From assembly GCA_965231005.1 (NCBI GenBank), contig OZ246405.1, positions 610,709-674,708 of the forward strand: 64,000 bases of DNA, in the 5' to 3' direction. The notes beneath the pieces were generated by a model, which was not told where the DNA came from, did not search any database, and saw only the letters and a list, made by a program, of their open reading frames with translations. The position numbers and the translations under genes are program-made. Position 1 is the stretch's first letter. Every line of letters begins with the position of its first letter. Source of the stretch: an uncultured Gammaproteobacteria bacterium (GTDB lineage Bacteria > Patescibacteriota > Patescibacteriia > Magasanikbacterales > UBA922). Positions 61,710-64,000 of this stretch are shown piece by piece.

Positions 61710-63497
61710 ATGGAAAACAAAAAAAGAACAATTATTCTTGGCATCTCATGTTTTTATCATGATTCTGCAGCAGCCTTGTTAGTTGATGGAAAGATTGTGG
61801 TCTCTGCTCAAGAGGAGCGTTTTACAAGAAAGAAACATGATTCAGATTTTCCAGAAAACGCTGTAAAGTACTGCTTTGATGAATTTGGTATCACAATAAA
61901 AGATGTAGATCATGTAGTATTTTATGATAAGCCAATTTTAAAATTTGAACGCTTGCTCCAAACATATGTGAATGTTTGGCCGAAAGGTCTGAAATCATTT
62001 CTAATGGCAATGAAAAGTTTTTTCAAGGAGAAGCTATGGATAGAAAGTATTATTTCAAAAAATTTAGATTTTGATGGCGATGTATTATTTACCCAACATC
62101 ATTATTCACATGCTGCTAGTGCATATTATTGTTCAAATTTTGATGATGCTGTGGTTGTTACTATGGATGGAGTAGGGGAATGGGAGACGACTACTATTGG
62201 ATATGGAAAAGATAATAGTCTCAAGTTAACGCACGCAATTCATTTTCCACATTCTCTTGGACTTTTGTATTCTGCGTTGACGTATTATTTGGGTTTCAAG
62301 GTAAATAGTGCGGAATACAAGGTGATGGGATTATCTCCATATGGCAATCCAGATTTATTTTATGACAAGATTCTTGAATTGATAACCATTGAAGAGGACG
62401 GAAGTTTTACATTGAATATGGATTATTTTGCTTATGAGTATGATTTAAAAATGACAAGCAAAAAATTTGAAGAATTGTTTGGTGCACCGCCAAGACAGCC
62501 AGAATCAAAGATTAGTCAGCGAGAAATGGATATTGCAGCAGCCTTGCAAAGAGTTATAGAAGAAGTTGTTTCTAAAATTGTTCGACATGCACACAAACTT
62601 CATCCTTCAAAAAATCTTTGTCTTGCAGGAGGTGTTGCTCTAAATTGTGTTTCTAATGGTAAACTCCTAAAAGAAGGTCTTTTTGAAAATATATATATTC
62701 AACCAGCTTCAGGAGACTGTGGAGGTGCTGTTGGTGCAGCATGTTATGTGTATTTTGATGCGTTAAAGAATGAAAGGACTAAAGATGTGATGAAAAGCAT
62801 ATATCTTGGTCCAGAGTTTTCAAATGAATCAATAAAAAAGTTTTTAGATAGTTCTTCAGAACATCTCGGTGTAAAAGATTTAACATATCATTACTTTGGT
62901 GATAATGATATTTTTGGTCACATCGCAAGACTTATTGCTGATAACCATGTGATTGGACTTTTTCAAGGTAAAATGGAGTTTGGCCCTCGTGCCTTGGGTA
63001 ATAGATCTATTATTGCAGACGCAAGAAATAAAGAGAATTGGCAGCGAGTAAATTTAAAAATAAAGTTTAGAGAGAGTTTTAGACCCTTTGCTCCAAGTGT
63101 TCTTGAAGATAATGCGCAAGAGTATTTTGATCTTGAAGGAGCTGCCAGCCCTCATATGTTGCTTGTTGCACAAGTAAAAAAAGATACTGTACCTGCAGTT
63201 ACACATGTAGATAATTCTGCTCGTATACAAACTGTCACAGAAGAACAAAATTCTCGCTATTATAATATTATAAAAGAATTTTCAAATTTGACAGGTTGTC
63301 CTGTGATAATAAATACATCGTTTAATGTAAGAGGGGAGCCTATTGTTTGTTCACCGGAAGATGCATTCAATTGTTTCATTAATACAGATATGGATTATCT
63401 TATTCTACAAAATTATATTATTTCAAAGAAAGACAACCCAGCTCTTGCAGATATTAAAGATACAAATATGTACTTAACTAATTTTACACTTGATTAG
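61710..63497 (+). CDS. carbamoyltransferase (NodU/CmcH family)
   Basis: N-terminal block ILGISCFYHDSAAALLVDGKIVVSAQEERFTRKKHDSDFP. The blocks LAGGVALNCVSNG, FGPRALGNRSI and NTSFNVRGEPIV are canonical for this family. Confidence 0.92.
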   Translation: MENKKRTIILGISCFYHDSAAALLVDGKIVVSAQEERFTRKKHDSDFPENAVKYCFDEFGITIKDVDHVVFYDKPILKFERLLQTYVNVWPKGLKSFLMAMKSFFKEKLWIESIISKNLDFDGDVLFTQHHYSHAASAYYCSNFDDAVVVTMDGVGEWETTTIGYGKDNSLKLTHAIHFPHSLGLLYSALTYYLGFKVNSAEYKVMGLSPYGNPDLFYDKILELITIEEDGSFTLNMDYFAYEYDLKMTSKKFEELFGAPPRQPESKISQREMDIAAALQRVIEEVVSKIVRHAHKLHPSKNLCLAGGVALNCVSNGKLLKEGLFENIYIQPASGDCGGAVGAACYVYFDALKNERTKDVMKSIYLGPEFSNESIKKFLDSSSEHLGVKDLTYHYFGDNDIFGHIARLIADNHVIGLFQGKMEFGPRALGNRSIIADARNKENWQRVNLKIKFRESFRPFAPSVLEDNAQEYFDLEGAASPHMLLVAQVKKDTVPAVTHVDNSARIQTVTEEQNSRYYNIIKEFSNLTGCPVIINTSFNVRGEPIVCSPEDAFNCFINTDMDYLILQNYIISKKDNPALADIKDTNMYLTNFTLD

Positions 63498-63524
63498 TTA
63501 GCTTTACTATTAATATTTATCTCT

Positions 63525-63689
63525 ATGGCAAAATCAAAATTTCGAGTTTTTGGACAAATGTGGCAATTTCTTAAAGTAAATAAAAAGTTTTGGCTTTTGC
63601 CAATGATGGTAGTATTAATTTTGTTTGGGATTTTATTGGCTGTGGCACAGGGCTCAGCATTTGCTCCATTTATTTATGCAATTTTTTAA
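63525..63689 (+). CDS. DUF5989-like small membrane protein
   Basis: Below the ORF-track cutoff. The translation is MAKSKFRVFGQMWQFLKVNKKFWLLPMMVVLILFGILLAVAQGSAFAPFIYAIF. This matches the typical small protein found after NodU-type carbamoyltransferases. Confidence 0.6.
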   Translation: MAKSKFRVFGQMWQFLKVNKKFWLLPMMVVLILFGILLAVAQGSAFAPFIYAIF

Positions 63690-63734
63690 TTAGTTTTTTA
63701 GAGGATTGTGATTTTTTGTTGCTAGAATGGGCCT

Positions 63735-64000
63735 ATGGAAAAGATACAATGTTCAGTACCGATTTTAACATTGAATTCAGAAAAATTTTTAGCTCGATGT
63801 TTAGAAAGTGTCAGAAATTTTGATGATGTTTTTTTGTTTGATGGAAATAGCACAGATAGAACATTAGAGATTGCAAAAGAGTACGGTATTCCTGTTTTTA
63901 GTCAGACAGATACAGAAGAAAAAAATGTTGAGATTAAAAATTTTACAGAAGTTCGCATAAAATCTATTGAACGATGCAAACATGATTGGATTTTTTTTCT
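63735..64000 (+). CDS. glycosyltransferase family 2, N-terminal part (3' end outside the window)
   Basis: The frame is open to the window end. MEKIQCSVPILTLNSEKFLARCLESVRNFDDVFLFDGNSTDRTLEIAKEYGIPVF is a typical GT2 N-terminus. Confidence 0.7.
   Translation, partial: MEKIQCSVPILTLNSEKFLARCLESVRNFDDVFLFDGNSTDRTLEIAKEYGIPVFSQTDTEEKNVEIKNFTEVRIKSIERCKHDWIFF

Noticed and set aside
1-64000. An alternative genetic code (UGA recoding as in Gracilibacteria/Absconditabacteria), CRISPR arrays, rRNA genes, and transposase or integrase genes.
   Set aside because: Recognisable genes are intact under the standard code, and TGA is used as a stop (e.g. 19880-19882). No regularly spaced direct repeats with unique spacers were seen. 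No rRNA-like conserved blocks were seen. No transposase, integrase or recombinase motifs were seen.

Overview
This is an AT-rich bacterial chromosome segment, roughly 30-40% G+C by spot counts of 60-nt lines. I infer a Patescibacteria/CPR (Parcubacteria-like) genome from its style: native genes almost all lack a Shine-Dalgarno sequence, a sigma factor is paired with a membrane partner, GT4 glycosyltransferases are numerous, O-antigen-ligase/TPR fusions occur, and there is a giant Thr/Ser/Ala-rich surface protein. A housekeeping block runs from 0 to 13 kb. It holds the pyk 3' end, a ppsA-like gene, tRNA-Asp, rplT-rpmI-infC, tmRNA (ssrA), smpB and an AI-2E permease. From 28.8 to 64 kb lies a large envelope-glycan and surface locus. 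It includes Wzy-like ligases, about ten glycosyltransferases, UDP-glucuronate decarboxylase, a carbamoyltransferase, a SemiSWEET, an S-layer-like protein and secreted repeat proteins. The outstanding anomaly is G+C-rich DNA (about 55-70% by spot counts): an ~11-kb island at 17.8-28.6 kb encoding five envelope or secreted proteins, plus a solitary gene at 4596-5423. The island products carry triple zinc ribbons, a shared C-terminal 4-Cys module, and a ~1170-aa CDDGN-type Cys-repeat lipoprotein. These G+C-rich genes follow a recurring cassette layout. Three transcription units (4484, 17540, 21724) start from a host-type extended -10 promoter (TTGACA-N17-TGnTAnAnT); no confident promoter was found for the genes at 23825 and 25072. 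All have a long structured leader, a strong AAGGAGG-type SD, the G+C-rich ORF, and 3' hairpins. A G+C-rich hairpin followed by a CT/AG hairpin occurs after three of the genes. Two cassettes share a 143-nt conserved leader with structure-preserving substitutions. Other notable structures are two inverted ~216-bp copies of an intergenic element built from stop-codon words, an in-frame PpsA-lipoprotein fusion with an internal SD and lipobox, a tRNA-Asp 3'-end duplication bracketing a G+C-rich fragment, palindromic operator candidates, and a 204-bp tandem repeat in a secreted protein. No CRISPR array, rRNA, transposase, integrase or reverse transcriptase was seen.
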